A model generated the notes under the pieces. It saw nothing but the letters and a program-made list of their open reading frames with translations. It was not told the DNA's origin and did no database searches. Source: Azolla caroliniana (lineage: Eukaryota > Plantae > Polypodiophyta). Taken from it: DNA of 64,000 nt. The translations under genes were made by a program, and so were the position numbers. Below are positions 1 through 10,985 of this stretch, piece by piece; within the stretch, counting starts at the first letter, position 1, and every line of letters starts with the position of its first letter. The stretch is taken from contig JBHGNT010000016.1 in NCBI GenBank assembly GCA_043228905.1, forward strand, positions 9,176,001 through 9,240,000, read 5' to 3'.

Positions 1-519
1 TATGTATCAGTTACATATTAAAATAAAAATAAAAAATCCTTTCTGATAACTATCTGTTACTTTGGTGCCTGTTCATCTTTCCCAAAAATCGAATAGGGCG
101 AAGTCATTGGAATCCCAAACAAGGATGTATCAAAGATCGGGGTGTAGCAACAGGTGTTTTTCTGATTGACAGAATTTCGTAGTACGGTTGATTTCTGCCT
201 TTAGTGATGATTAGGGTTTGTGTTTCCCTTAAGTGGTTTAGGGTTTTTGATTACATATTTCAAATTGCAAGTTTTTGGTTACAAATTTCTAATTACAAAT
301 TTCTGATTACTGTCGCAATCTGTTGTAATTTTGCACCAATTCTCATGACCATTTCTGATTAGGGTTTCTGATTTTTTAAGTGGTTGATTTCTGATACATG
401 TTGAAAAGGACAGATTACAAATTTCAGATTACTATCTCAAAGTGTTGTAATTTTGCACCTAATTCACATTAGAAATTCTGTTTTTGCACCAATTCTGATT
501 ACTAATTTTCTATTTCAGG

Positions 520-3408
520 TGGCTCGTTCCTCCCTATCCTAGAGTGCTAAATTTCGCAAAATTTTGCGAGACAAAGGAGGACTTTCACAACATATATAGT
601 CTGTCGCTCGAAGGTATTGACCCTACTGTTCTAACTGATAGATTGATTAGTGATGTAGATTGGATGTCAGTATATAAAGTGCCTAGAGTGAAAGGCAAGG
701 TCAAGCTCAAGCATGTACGATCGGACCTGTACGACGACTACATGAGACTGCACCAAAAAGTACATCAAGAGATCCTGGTCAACAACGAGTTGTCCGTTTC
801 ATTTGCTAGATTTTTTGCATACGAGTATTGCAAAACAATGAAGGAATCTCGTGACCCTGAAATGTACAGGGTAGCTTGGGCAAATTATGGTGAGGCATCA
901 GTAGAAAGATGTTAGAAGATGGGGGAGCTTGCAACAAAAAATGGCAAGATTTTGGAGCATGGTAGTTTATGATGCAACTGCCGACTCCCAACAAACCCGC
1001 AAGTATACGCCACACCGACACACAATGAAAGCCAATGTTGATGATACATGTGAGACATTGATTAGCTATATGCTAAAAAATGTCCATGAAGCCTGTGAGA
1101 CATTGGAGTTTTTTAAGACTGATTTAGAGAAAGCAACGTTGGTTGCTGCGATGGAGAGCAAAGTCACTTTGGCAGTTACAACAATAAAAAATAAGATTCA
1201 GGTACCTATTGTTTTGCTAATATGTAATATGTTATAAATAACTTGTACATGAAAATGTGCTACTGAGGCATTATTTGGAACAGGTTGCTCAACATGAACT
1301 TGAAATTGAGGGGTCGCTAGATCCCCAGCGGAAAATTCAACTACAGACAGAGATCCAGGTTCTTTCAATGAACCTGGACCTTCTAGGTGTAAATACTATC
1401 GTTGATTACAATTTGGAAAAGCTACAAGTAAGTAAATGATTCTTGTTTCTTGTTGTTGTATCTTCCTCATTAAGAAATAATTAATCGGTAAATTTCTCGG
1501 CTATGTTGAAGGAACTATACTCCCGTCAAGAACAAGTAGTTAGCTGCCTTAAGAAGCAGTTACATTTTGCGGAGGGGATGGTAAGGAGTAGACAAGAATT
1601 GGACCTGAATATTCTTGCTCCCTTACCAAATGAAGGAGAACCAAGAAACGATATATTAACTGTTCAAGTACGTTGCATCGCTTCTAGATTACGTGTAGAG
1701 CACAAATCTGCTACTCTGTTGGTTCACCTACAACCATGCCAGCACACATACCATATCGTTTGTTTTCAATATGCCTATCGCATTGCTGCATTCTGTTTGG
1801 GGGATTGTAGTATAGCTCTCCCAAATGAGTGGAGAAAACACACAGGTAAAATTGCTGCTTGTAACAATAGTGTAGCTAATTAGTTCCATCTTTGCTAATT
1901 AAGTAAGTTGTATAAAGTGTGGAAACTATTTAGCTATTATGGTTGTAGCGTAGTAGCTAATTACCTAACATGTAGTTAATTCGCAAAGTGGTAGCTAATT
2001 AGCTACGACCATACTTTAGCTAAGTAGCTAATTAGCTACCACTTAGCTAATTAGCTACTATCATAGTTTACTAAAATAGCTAATTAGCTACTGCCATACT
2101 TCAGCTGAGTAGCTAATTAGCTAAGTGGTAGAAAATTAGCTAAGTGGAAGCTAATTAACTACTACCATAGTTTAGTACAGTAACTAATTAGATAAGTGGT
2201 AGCTAATTAGCTACTGCCATACGTTAGTTCAGTAGCTAATTAGCTAAGTGGTAGCTAATAAGCTACTACCATACGTTAGCTGAGTAGCTAATTAGCTAAG
2301 TGGTAGCTAATAAGCTACTACCATACGTTAGCTGAGTAGCTAATTAGCTAAGTGGTAGCTAATAAGCTACTACCATACGTTAGCTGAGTAGCTAATTAGC
2401 TAAGTGGTAGCTAATAAGCTACTACCATAGTTTAATACACTAGCTAATAAACTAAATGGTAGCTAATTAGCTACTACTATAGTTTAGTGCAATAGCTAAT
2501 TAGCTAAGTGGTAGCTAATTAGCTAAGTGATAGCTAATTAGTTACTACTATAGTTTAGTACAATAGCTAATTACCTACTACCATAGTTTAGTACAATAGC
2601 TAATTAGCTACTAATATAGTTTAGTGCAATAGCTAATTAGCTACTAATATAGTTTAGTGCAATAGCTAATTAGCTACTAGCATAGTTTAGTACAGTAGCT
2701 AATTAGCTACTACCATACTTTAGTTATAGTGGCTAACTAGCTAGTACCATACTTTAGTTGAGTAGCTAATTAGCTAGTACCATACCTAAGGGAAGTAGCT
2801 AAATAGCTTAGTGGTAGCTAATTAGCTATTGTCATATAGTCTAGAAGAATAGCTAGTTAGCTAAGATGTAGCTAATTAGCGACCATGTTGTTGTAGAATC
2901 TTGTGGATTAAGGAGGGTGCATGACCTGTCTGGTGCTGATGACGCTGCAACCGATGAGGAGATAGTTGCGAACGTGGCTGAAAGTAAGAGTCTTGTTATC
3001 ACATCTCCTTCAAATCAGCTCCACCCTATTCTTTTGGAAGATGGTAATGAATTAGGCAATGATGTGAAAAGCCATGAAATATTGGAAACAACATGTAAAT
3101 TTGAGGTTCACAACAATAGTGTTTTTGAACACTTGATGCAACATTTCTTCGAATCCCAAAACCTTGATTCCACCCCACTGAGCCCAACTACTGATAATGT
3201 CCAAACAAATCCCACTGTACTGGAAAAGCTAGTGCAAGACGCAGCTGACCTGCAAGCCACTGCTGAGGTGATGGAAAGGTTGTCGGAGGAGGACACACTT
3301 GCGCAATGGGTCAAAGAAGCAAGGCTAAATGGGCAACCGACTAGAAAAAGGCTGAAGAAGGGGCCACGATCAGGGACAAGACCAATTACTCGGTCAAGGG
3401 GCTCTTGA
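520..3408 (+). pseudogene. Degenerate spliced gene with RING-H2-like motif; possibly cargo of the surrounding DNA transposon
   Basis: Consecutive + ORFs (544-915, 929-1237, 1257-1439, 1503-1883, 2917-3408) with plausible splice sites (tttcag ending 519; acag|gtaaa at 1845/1846; ttgtag ending 2896). Motif C..PCQHTYHIVC..CLGDC is RING-H2-like. In-frame TAG at 913-915. Confidence 0.45.
1870..2885. repeat. Tandem satellite built on the palindrome AGCTAATTAGCT (52-bp and ~33-bp units)
   Basis: Near-perfect 52-bp units starting at 2231, 2283, 2335 and 2387; ~33-bp units at ~2560-2780; lies in predicted intron 1846-2896. Confidence 0.95.
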
Positions 3409-3820
3409 ATTGGAGCGAAATACTTATTAGTGGGATATGATTGTTAGCGATTTTCCTAGGGTTTTATGAAGTTTTACTATGATCTATTTGGACAAGTAAA
3501 ACCTCAGATTGGTTGTTGCTTCATCCACATTATGTAATGGAACTCTATGATGTTTCTCCAAGATAATTATGTTCATGTTTCTATGATGGAAAATATTTCA
3601 TGTTCATTATGTTGTTTTGTGAGACTGTTAGTGTCAGAACCAAGGATAAAAGATAGAGTGATGGAAGAAGGATATTAGAGAACACGAGAAGAATGGAATC
3701 AAATACTAAGAGAATAATGGATGTATAAGATAGAGAAAGAAAGAGAATGGATACAAGGTATGTAATGAGAGCTAAAGACTGGTGTTGATTCGAATTGATT
3801 TGAGAATACATGTATGCCCT

Positions 3821-3927
3821 TATTTATAGGTTCCTATAGAATAGCTTAGAGATTTCTAGAATGTTCTAGAATGTTCTAGACCTAGAATGCTCTAGGACAT
3901 TCTAGAACATTCTAGAATAATCTAGAG
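3821..3927 (-). promoter_or_regulatory. TATA box plus heat-shock element array in LTR A (second copy at 9166-9272)
   Basis: TATAAATA on minus strand; TTCtaGAAtgTTCtaGAAtgTTC and further nGAAn/nTTCn repeats immediately upstream. Confidence 0.8.
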
Positions 3928-3987
3928 TTTTTACAATAATCAATGTAATACAAGAAGTAGCTTTTATTGTTTCATATAACAGTAAGC

Positions 3988-4053
3988 TATCTTAATGGTT
4001 GAGGTTTTCAAGTATAGATTACAAGGTTCGAGGTTCAAGTCCGGGTGACGCCA
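3988..4053 (+). promoter_or_regulatory. tRNA-like Pol III A-box/B-box cassette in LTR A (second copy at ~9333-9398)
   Basis: TATCTTAATGG ... GGTTCAAGTCC ... GACGCCA with tRNA-gene spacing. Confidence 0.65.
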
Positions 4054-4089
4054 TAATGGTCATGTGTTCATGACACTATAGCTCCTTCG

Positions 4090-7000
4090 AGAACGCCGAG
4101 TGGAAGTCGACGTTAACATTGTTGGGCCGGGCTTGTTTGGATAGTGATGATGGAAGTCGTTGACCAGAGCTTCAGCATTACAAACGTTATCGATGGGTTC
4201 CCAAGTGTGATCACTCGGAGGATAGCCAAGCCAATCAACTAGATAATAAAAAGCTTATTGCACACAATCTTAGAATCGAGAATAGCAGCTACCTCGTATT
4301 CGGGGCCGTCCACAAGTTGTACAAAAGGCGGTGGTGGCACGACACGATTAGGAATTAAAGAGGTGCGGCAAGGTTCCAAAAGAGAGCTATGAAAGACAGG
4401 CTGAAGCCGCATATGGGCAGGAAGGTTAAGACGAAATGTTGCATCATTAATCTGCGTCGTGATGACAAAAGGACCTAAGCGTTGATAGTCAAGCTTAGCA
4501 CACGGTCGGGTAGTCTTGATGTGACGACGAAGCAACCATACACGGTCACCAACCTTAAACAGAGACTTAAGACGATGTCGATTGGCATTGGTCTTATGGT
4601 GTGCTTGCGCTTTCTGAAGATGTGACGATAACTCGAACTGGATTTGTTAGTCGGTGGAGGTGATACGCCGCACTAGGGTTTCGTGACACCTCGGGAAGAT
4701 CCAGTATACACCATCGAGGGTGGTTGCCAGTGTAGGCAAAGAAAGATGTAACTTTGGTAGAAGAGTGGACCGTGTTGTTGTATACAAACTCGGCAAGATG
4801 TAAAATATTACTCCAATCATCTTGTTGATAACTAATGAAACATCGAAGATATTGCTCGAGCGTTTGATTTGTGCGCTCTGTTTGTCCGTCAGTTTGTGGA
4901 TGATAAGCCGAAGAGAGTTTGCAAGAGATTTTGAGGCCTGCCCATAGGTGCTTCCAAAAGTGTGAGATAAATTGAGGACCTCGATCGCTAATAATATCAT
5001 TCGGGAGACCATGATGGCAAAACACTTCACGCATAATGAGATCTGCAGTTTCTTCACTATTGATGGTCTTTACACATGGTACAAAATGTGCCATCTTGGT
5101 GAACCGATCGACTACTGTTAAAATAGTATCAAAGCCTTTGGAAGGTGGCAGATCCGTAATGAAATCCATAGAAATAGATTGCCATGGCTTGTTGGGAGGG
5201 GGTAATGGTTGTAGTAAGCCATAAGGGTGATGTTGGGGTACTTTGGCGCGACAGCAGGTGTCACAAGTGCGAACATAATCTTCGACAAATTTTTGCAAGT
5301 GAGGCCACCAAAACGAACGTTTCACCAGCTCAATGGTCTTCAAATACCAAAATGTCCAGCCATGGGGGCATCATGACAATGTTCCAACACTTGAAGTCGG
5401 GGTGATCCGTTGGGGACGTAAAGGAGATTCTTGTAGAAGAGTAAGCCATCTTGCCACTTGAAGTCCTTATAATGTTGAGATGACCCTGGCAATGTGAAGC
5501 AAGATGGACGACTTGAACCACAGTGGGCTAAGACATCCTTAGCAAAAGCATCCGAATAAAGTTGTTGCCGAATAGTGTCAAGAAGGGTAGAATCAAGTGG
5601 CGTGGCATAAATTGTTGTTACCTGTAGCTTTGATGGCCCGAGGAGAGTTTGCTTTTGATTGTCAAAGGCCGGATCTCCAGGTCGAAGTGCTAGATACGAA
5701 CGCCGAGACAGAGCATCTGCTTTCCCTTGTTGTTTTCCGGGGCGAAAAATGATCTTGAAATCGAAACGCGTTAGAAATTGGGCCCACCGAGCTTGTCGTC
5801 TATTTAATACTCGAGCTGTTTGAAAATATGTGAGATTTTTGTGATCACTATAAATGATAATTTGATGAGGTGATCCTTCTAGAAAATGACGCCATTGCTC
5901 GAATGAGTCGACCACAACTAGTAACTCCTTGTCATGCACCTCATAGTTTATCTCCGAAACAGTAAATTTTCTCGAGTGAAACGCGACTGGATGTGTCTGC
6001 CCGTCCTCGCCTGGTTGCGATAGGATACTCCCCAATGCAAAGTCTGATGCATCCGCCTCAATAGTAAATGGCTTTTCAGGATCAATATGTGCTAGGATGG
6101 GTGCTGATGTGAATGCCTCTTTCAACTGCGTAAAAGCCTTGTCCGCTTCGATACTCCAAAAAAATGCTTGATTTTTCTTGGTGAGTTGAGTAAGGGGCAA
6201 CATAATGCTTGAATAATTATGTATGAATTTGCGATAGAAGTTCGCAAATCCGAGGAAACACTGGACATCCCGAACTGAGCATGGGGGTTTCCATTCCAAT
6301 ATTGTTTGGACTTTTGCTGGGTCCATGAAAACACCCTGGGATGAAATAGTGTATCCCAAAAATTCGACTTGTTTGCAATCAAAACTGCATTTCTCAAGTT
6401 TGGCATAAAGACCATACTTCCTTAGGCGTTCAAGTACTTGCCGCACATGTATATCATGCTCCCCCTGTGTTTTAGAGTAAATCAATAGATCATCTAGGTA
6501 GATGATTAGAAAAATATCCAAGAAATCCCGGAAGATGTCATTTGCCATATGTTGGAATACTACAGGTGCATTTGTGAGCCCGAAAGGCATGACTGTATAC
6601 TCGAAATGACCATATCGAGTACGAAATGTTGTTTTCCACTCATCTCCCGGCCGAATTCGAACAAGATTATATGCACCCCTTAGATCAATTTTGGTAAAAT
6701 GCTTTGCCCTACCAATGCGTTCTAAGAGATTGGAGATTAAAGGTAAAGCATACCTATTCCTTATGGTGACTTTATTTAAGCCTCGATAGTCCACGACCAA
6801 ACGAAGGGATCCGTCCTTTTTCTTCACAAAAAAGATAGGAGCACCAGCTGGAGACTTTGAATGTCGAATAAACCCATGTGCAAGATTTTCCTCGATGTAT
6901 TCTCGAAGAACCTCAAGCTCAGTGGGTGATAAATTGTAAATCGGACCCCACGGTGGCTCTTTTCCTGGTTGGAGATCAATAGGACAGTCGTACGGCCGAT

Positions 7001-7688
7001 GCTTAGGAAGAACACCAGCTTTGACTTTGTCGAAAACATCAACATAGTCTTGATATTTTTTGGGAATTTGGATGTCTGAATTCCCTTGAGTGACACTAGA
7101 AGGTGTCACTGATACTGCAAATAAGAAAAGGTCCTCCTTGCCTCCCACTCGGCACAATTGTTGCAATGTGATGGCTGAAATTTGATGAGAAGGATATGGT
7201 GCATCGGTAGAACTATATACTTTAGGAGGATAATCCCGAGTTCGATCCGTGACAATGATATTTTCTGGTAAAGGGCACCTAATTTCTCGCTTCCTCCAAT
7301 CGATTCTAGGGTTATGTAGCTCGAACCATGGCAAACCGAGGACAATTGGATGCTCAGGACTACGGATTATGTTAAAGGAAACTACACATCCTAAATCACC
7401 CAAGAGTATGTGTATTGGCTCAGACTCTTCAAATATCTTCCCGGAAGCTATGGGGCATCCATCAATCACTACTACGGAAACTGGACAAGGAAGTGTATGC
7501 AAGGATATTTGGTGTTTTTGGGCAAAATCTCTATCCATGAAACAAGAATTGGCTCCAGTATCTAAGAGGGCTTGGACTTGAAGTTGACAACTGGGTGTCT
7601 TAACTTGTACTAGGGCTGAGAAGACTCTACTAACATGCTTGGAAGAAATGGAACCCACACTAGGTTGTACATATCTAGGGTTGTCCAA
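4090..7688 (-). pseudogene. pol: pol of element A: protease, RT, RNase H, integrase, chromodomain; frameshifted in integrase
   Basis: LLDTGA, YLDD, DASD/DHKNL/DALSR, HHCC and D-D-E integrase motifs, EYEVAAILDSK chromodomain; ORFs 5340-7688, 4594-5343, 4239-4535. Confidence 0.93.
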
Positions 7689-7714
7689 CCAAATGGCTCC
7701 TATTTTGGCCGGAC

Positions 7715-8878
7715 TTATTCGTTTGACTCCTCTTCTAATTGGCTTAGGACTTCAAATTTATTGGACAAGGGTGGATTATTCATAATATTAGATTCACTAA
7801 CTGCTTTTAAAATGTTGGACTCATTTTTATTGACATAGTGAATTTGATTTACCTGACGTCTCGGCCTACGGGAGCAATGAATGGCTATATGTCCTAGACC
7901 TCCGCAATATAAGCACAGATGGTCTGCTCGACAACGTTGCTTCTCTTCTTCTGACAACGGTCCTCGTCGTTGAGTCATGTCGATCTCCATGGGTGCAGGA
8001 CTATCCATTGGGACTGGACTACGTGTTTGCCTTGGAGTTGGAGCAAGGCTATACATTTGCCTTGGGGATGATTGCGCCGTTACTGATGCATAAGTTGGTG
8101 TGAATCTTGATCTTGTTATTTGTTGTTGTCGCTCACATCGACGCTCAAAAAGGCGATTATCACACCGTATTGCTCAACTAATAGCTTCTGTAAGTGACCT
8201 TGGATCCTCGAGGAAGGTAAGAAGTAAGTCTTTGACATCACTACGAAGGCCTGAACGGAATTGCTCCATTAGGGCTTGTTCATCCCAAGGAATATCGCTT
8301 GCGATGAGACGGAAATTGGCAGCATATGTCGAAGCTGGTTGATCACCTTGACGAAGTGTACGAATCTTGTTGATAGTTGTTCTTGCCCCATCAGTATCTC
8401 CGAAACAAGCCTTAAATTCCTTGATAAATTCCTCGAAATTATTCAGTAGAGGAGAATTGGTCTCTAGCAATGGAGCAAACCACGACAACGTTATGCCAGT
8501 CAATAAAGTGCCCACTAGCCCAACTCGTGATGCTTCTGTTGGATAACGCACGGGATGCATTTGAATCACCAACCATACTTGATTCAAAAAACCTCGGAAA
8601 TGCGCCCTCGACCCATCAAATTTAGTTGGGAGGCTAATTTTGGGCTCCTTGATAAGTCCCTGACCTTCAACCCTTTGTTGTTGTAACACTACGATTGTCG
8701 ACTCTAACTGTTGCACTCGTCGTGTGAACTCCTCTTGTTGTTGTTGCTTCTCTATAGTAACCTTTTGTAGATCCCCAAGTAGACGTTGATTCTCTACTTC
8801 AAGAGATGCGAACTTGGATTTAAGGTTCTCCATTTCTGCAACAAGGGTGAGATATTCTTCTGAGTTAATGGCAGCCAT
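7715..8878 (-). pseudogene. gag: gag of element A (coiled coil, capsid, CCHC knuckle) with one internal stop
   Basis: KEPKISLPTKFDGSR..., CLYCGGLGHIAIHC; TGA at 8174 where family B has Arg (AISRAVR). Confidence 0.9.
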
Positions 8879-8903
8879 GGTTTCAGGATGGTTACAAAGG
8901 AGG

Positions 8904-8906
<3 letters not shown>

Positions 8907-8962
<56 letters not shown>
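8907..8962. repeat. (AG)n microsatellite in the leader of element A
   Basis: About 28 AG units. Confidence 0.98.
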
Positions 8963-8967
<5 letters not shown>

Positions 8968-8976
8968 GAATCAAAC

Positions 8977-9420
8977 TGTCAGAACTAAGGATAAAAGATA
9001 GAGTGATGGAAGAAGGATATTAGAGAACACGAGAAGAATGGAATCAAATACTAAGAGAAGAATGGATGTATAAGATAGAGAAAGAAAGAGAATGGATACA
9101 AGGTATGTAATGAGAGCTAAAGACTGGTGTTGATTCGAATTGATTTGAGAATACATGTATGCCCTTATTTATAGGTTCCTATAGAATAGCTTAGAGATTT
9201 CTAGAATGTTCTAGAATGTTCTAGACCTAGAATGCTCTAGGACATTCTAGAACATTCTAGAATAATCTAGAGTTTTTACAATAATCAATGTAATACAAGA
9301 AGTAGCTTTTATTGTTTCATATAACAGTAAGCTATCTTAATGGTTGAGGTTTTCAAGTATGGATTACAAGGTTCGAGGTTCAAGTCTGGGTGACGCCATA
9401 ATGGTCATGTGTTCATGTTA
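8977..9420 (-). repeat. 5' LTR of element A
   Basis: Direct repeat of 3632-4075; adjacent to PBS at 8963-8976. Confidence 0.93.
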
Positions 9421-9459
9421 CTTTGTGTGTGTGAATATGTTGGTGTTTTTTGATGTTGC

Positions 9460-10113
9460 AGAGTCTAAAGGGTTTGAATCTATTGCTCCTAAGACCGATG
9501 GAAGTGTGGAAACTGTTGATGTTGTTGTGTGTTTAGAGGGCCACATCTTGAAAGTAGATGTAGCAACTGACACAAGTGATCTGGTCACGCAAGTTGATCA
9601 AGCATGTTGCATAGATGATCTGATTTTGCAGGTAGATGCAGCATGTGATACCAATGGGCTGATATTGACCATATCAGTATCTACATGCACTGAGCCAATG
9701 ACTAAGTCGACAACACAAGAGCACCAGAATGTGAAGCCTAGCCCAACACAGTCGACCAACGGTTTGAAGAGGAAAAGGACACCCATTGTGCCGACAGAAC
9801 CTGAGTTGATTGACCTTGATCGTGTGCTACCAGTAATTGGTGTAACAAAGGCTCATATACAGGAATGGAAACCTAACCATTAGAAGTCGAAAGAAGAGCA
9901 TTGATCTTGGAGCTTGATAAAGTCCTGATGAGTGTGCGATATATGACACCAAGGAGGGATGCAAATCAATTTCTAGAGTGGGCTATGCAATATTTTCATT
10001 TGTTTATTTGCAGCGAAAAACCACGTACAGATGTGTGGAAGTGTGTAGAAAGATTCTTCCCGAAGTGGCACGATTTTGTTGAGAAAAAAGCACAAAAAGT
10101 AGACTGTATATGA
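9460..10113 (+). pseudogene. Degenerate ORF ending in an FCP1/NIF-like HAD phosphatase fragment
   Basis: LILELDKVL...PRRDANQFLEWAMQYFHLFICS resembles LxLDLDxxL...RP..xxFL...F of FCP1-homology domains; stop codon at 9881. Confidence 0.35.
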
Positions 10114-10125
10114 AAAAAGAAACTC

Positions 10126-10689
10126 CTAAACAGGTCCATTAAACTGTTTATTTGCAATACACACAGCTCCATCAGACCAGACCCAATGTTGAGTAAGCTC
10201 CAAACGTTTAGCTAATAACCATTGCCAATGTAACTTAAAACAATGTTGGACGAACAAGGTCTCATGCTTCTTATCATCAGAAATAAAAAAATGAATTACT
10301 TTTTTAACATCACATGAAACTTGAAAATATGTTACGTGCATAAAAATGGTTACCTGCGTTGAACACCAATGCATAGATTGAATTTCATTTTGCTGCTTAA
10401 AAGTATAATTCTCTGCGAAATCTACTACTGAGACTACTACATCATTTAGAAAATCATATATGCAAGTCTTAAACTAATGGGCTTGCCATGAATAAATGAA
10501 GTTGTGTTTAATGAACTTTCCTAGAGATACTACAAATAGAGACGCCAAATCCCTTGGTTTAAGCGACTTCCTAACTAGATCCTTTCTTTTACACACCTTT
10601 CCTTCGAAATTGGTGTCAACTGACTCAAATAACTTGACAAAGATTAGTATTTCACTACTCAATTCATTTGGACACCACCTAAATCTACT
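10126..10689 (-). pseudogene. DNA transposase catalytic fragment, Sola2-like DDD type
   Basis: Reading through the stop at 10474 gives VVSVVDFAENYTFKQQNEIQSMHWCSTQVTI...FFISDDKKH...WVWSDGA. Confidence 0.65.
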
Positions 10690-10985
10690 AGGCCCGGTTA
10701 CAATGTAATTGACAGCGGATAATTAATAGAACTTATTGCCTTAACCTTTCAATATTGAATACCGTTCTGTACTCATTGTTATATCTTACGCGTGTAATGA
10801 CGTATTGATAAGTAACCAATTAAGGTCTAATTAAGCGTTGTGTCGTAAGTCATCTTGCCGTAACACCCTTTGGTGAAGTGTCTTAAGTGGACACCCTCTG
10901 TAAGGCTGTTGTCCAGCCCTAGGATTCACACAATTTTTGGCGACCACGATTCCTGCACAATCACAGTGAACAGTGGCGGGAATGG

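Larger units (their letters stand above)
3632..4075 (-). repeat. 3' LTR of element A
   Basis: TGTCA...TGACA termini; direct repeat of 8977-9420. Confidence 0.95.
3632..9420 (-). mobile_element. Chromovirus Ty3/gypsy LTR retrotransposon, family A (Tcn1/Tf1-sushi-like), full length, degenerate
   Basis: ~444-bp LTRs at 3632-4075 and 8977-~9420 (about 4 substitutions; right terminus damaged). gag-PR-RT-RH-INT-chromodomain on minus strand. PPT next to 4075. Imperfect TSD gttag/gttac. Confidence 0.95.

Noticed and set aside
205-370. Telomeric TAGGGTTT motifs
   Set aside because: Only three isolated copies; not an array.
1870-2885. CRISPR-like array
   Set aside because: No unique spacers, no cas genes, eukaryotic TE context; it is a satellite.
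3581-3811. Hydrophobic 76-aa ORF
   Set aside because: Translation of CT-rich LTR R/U5 sequence running into the flank; no coding support.
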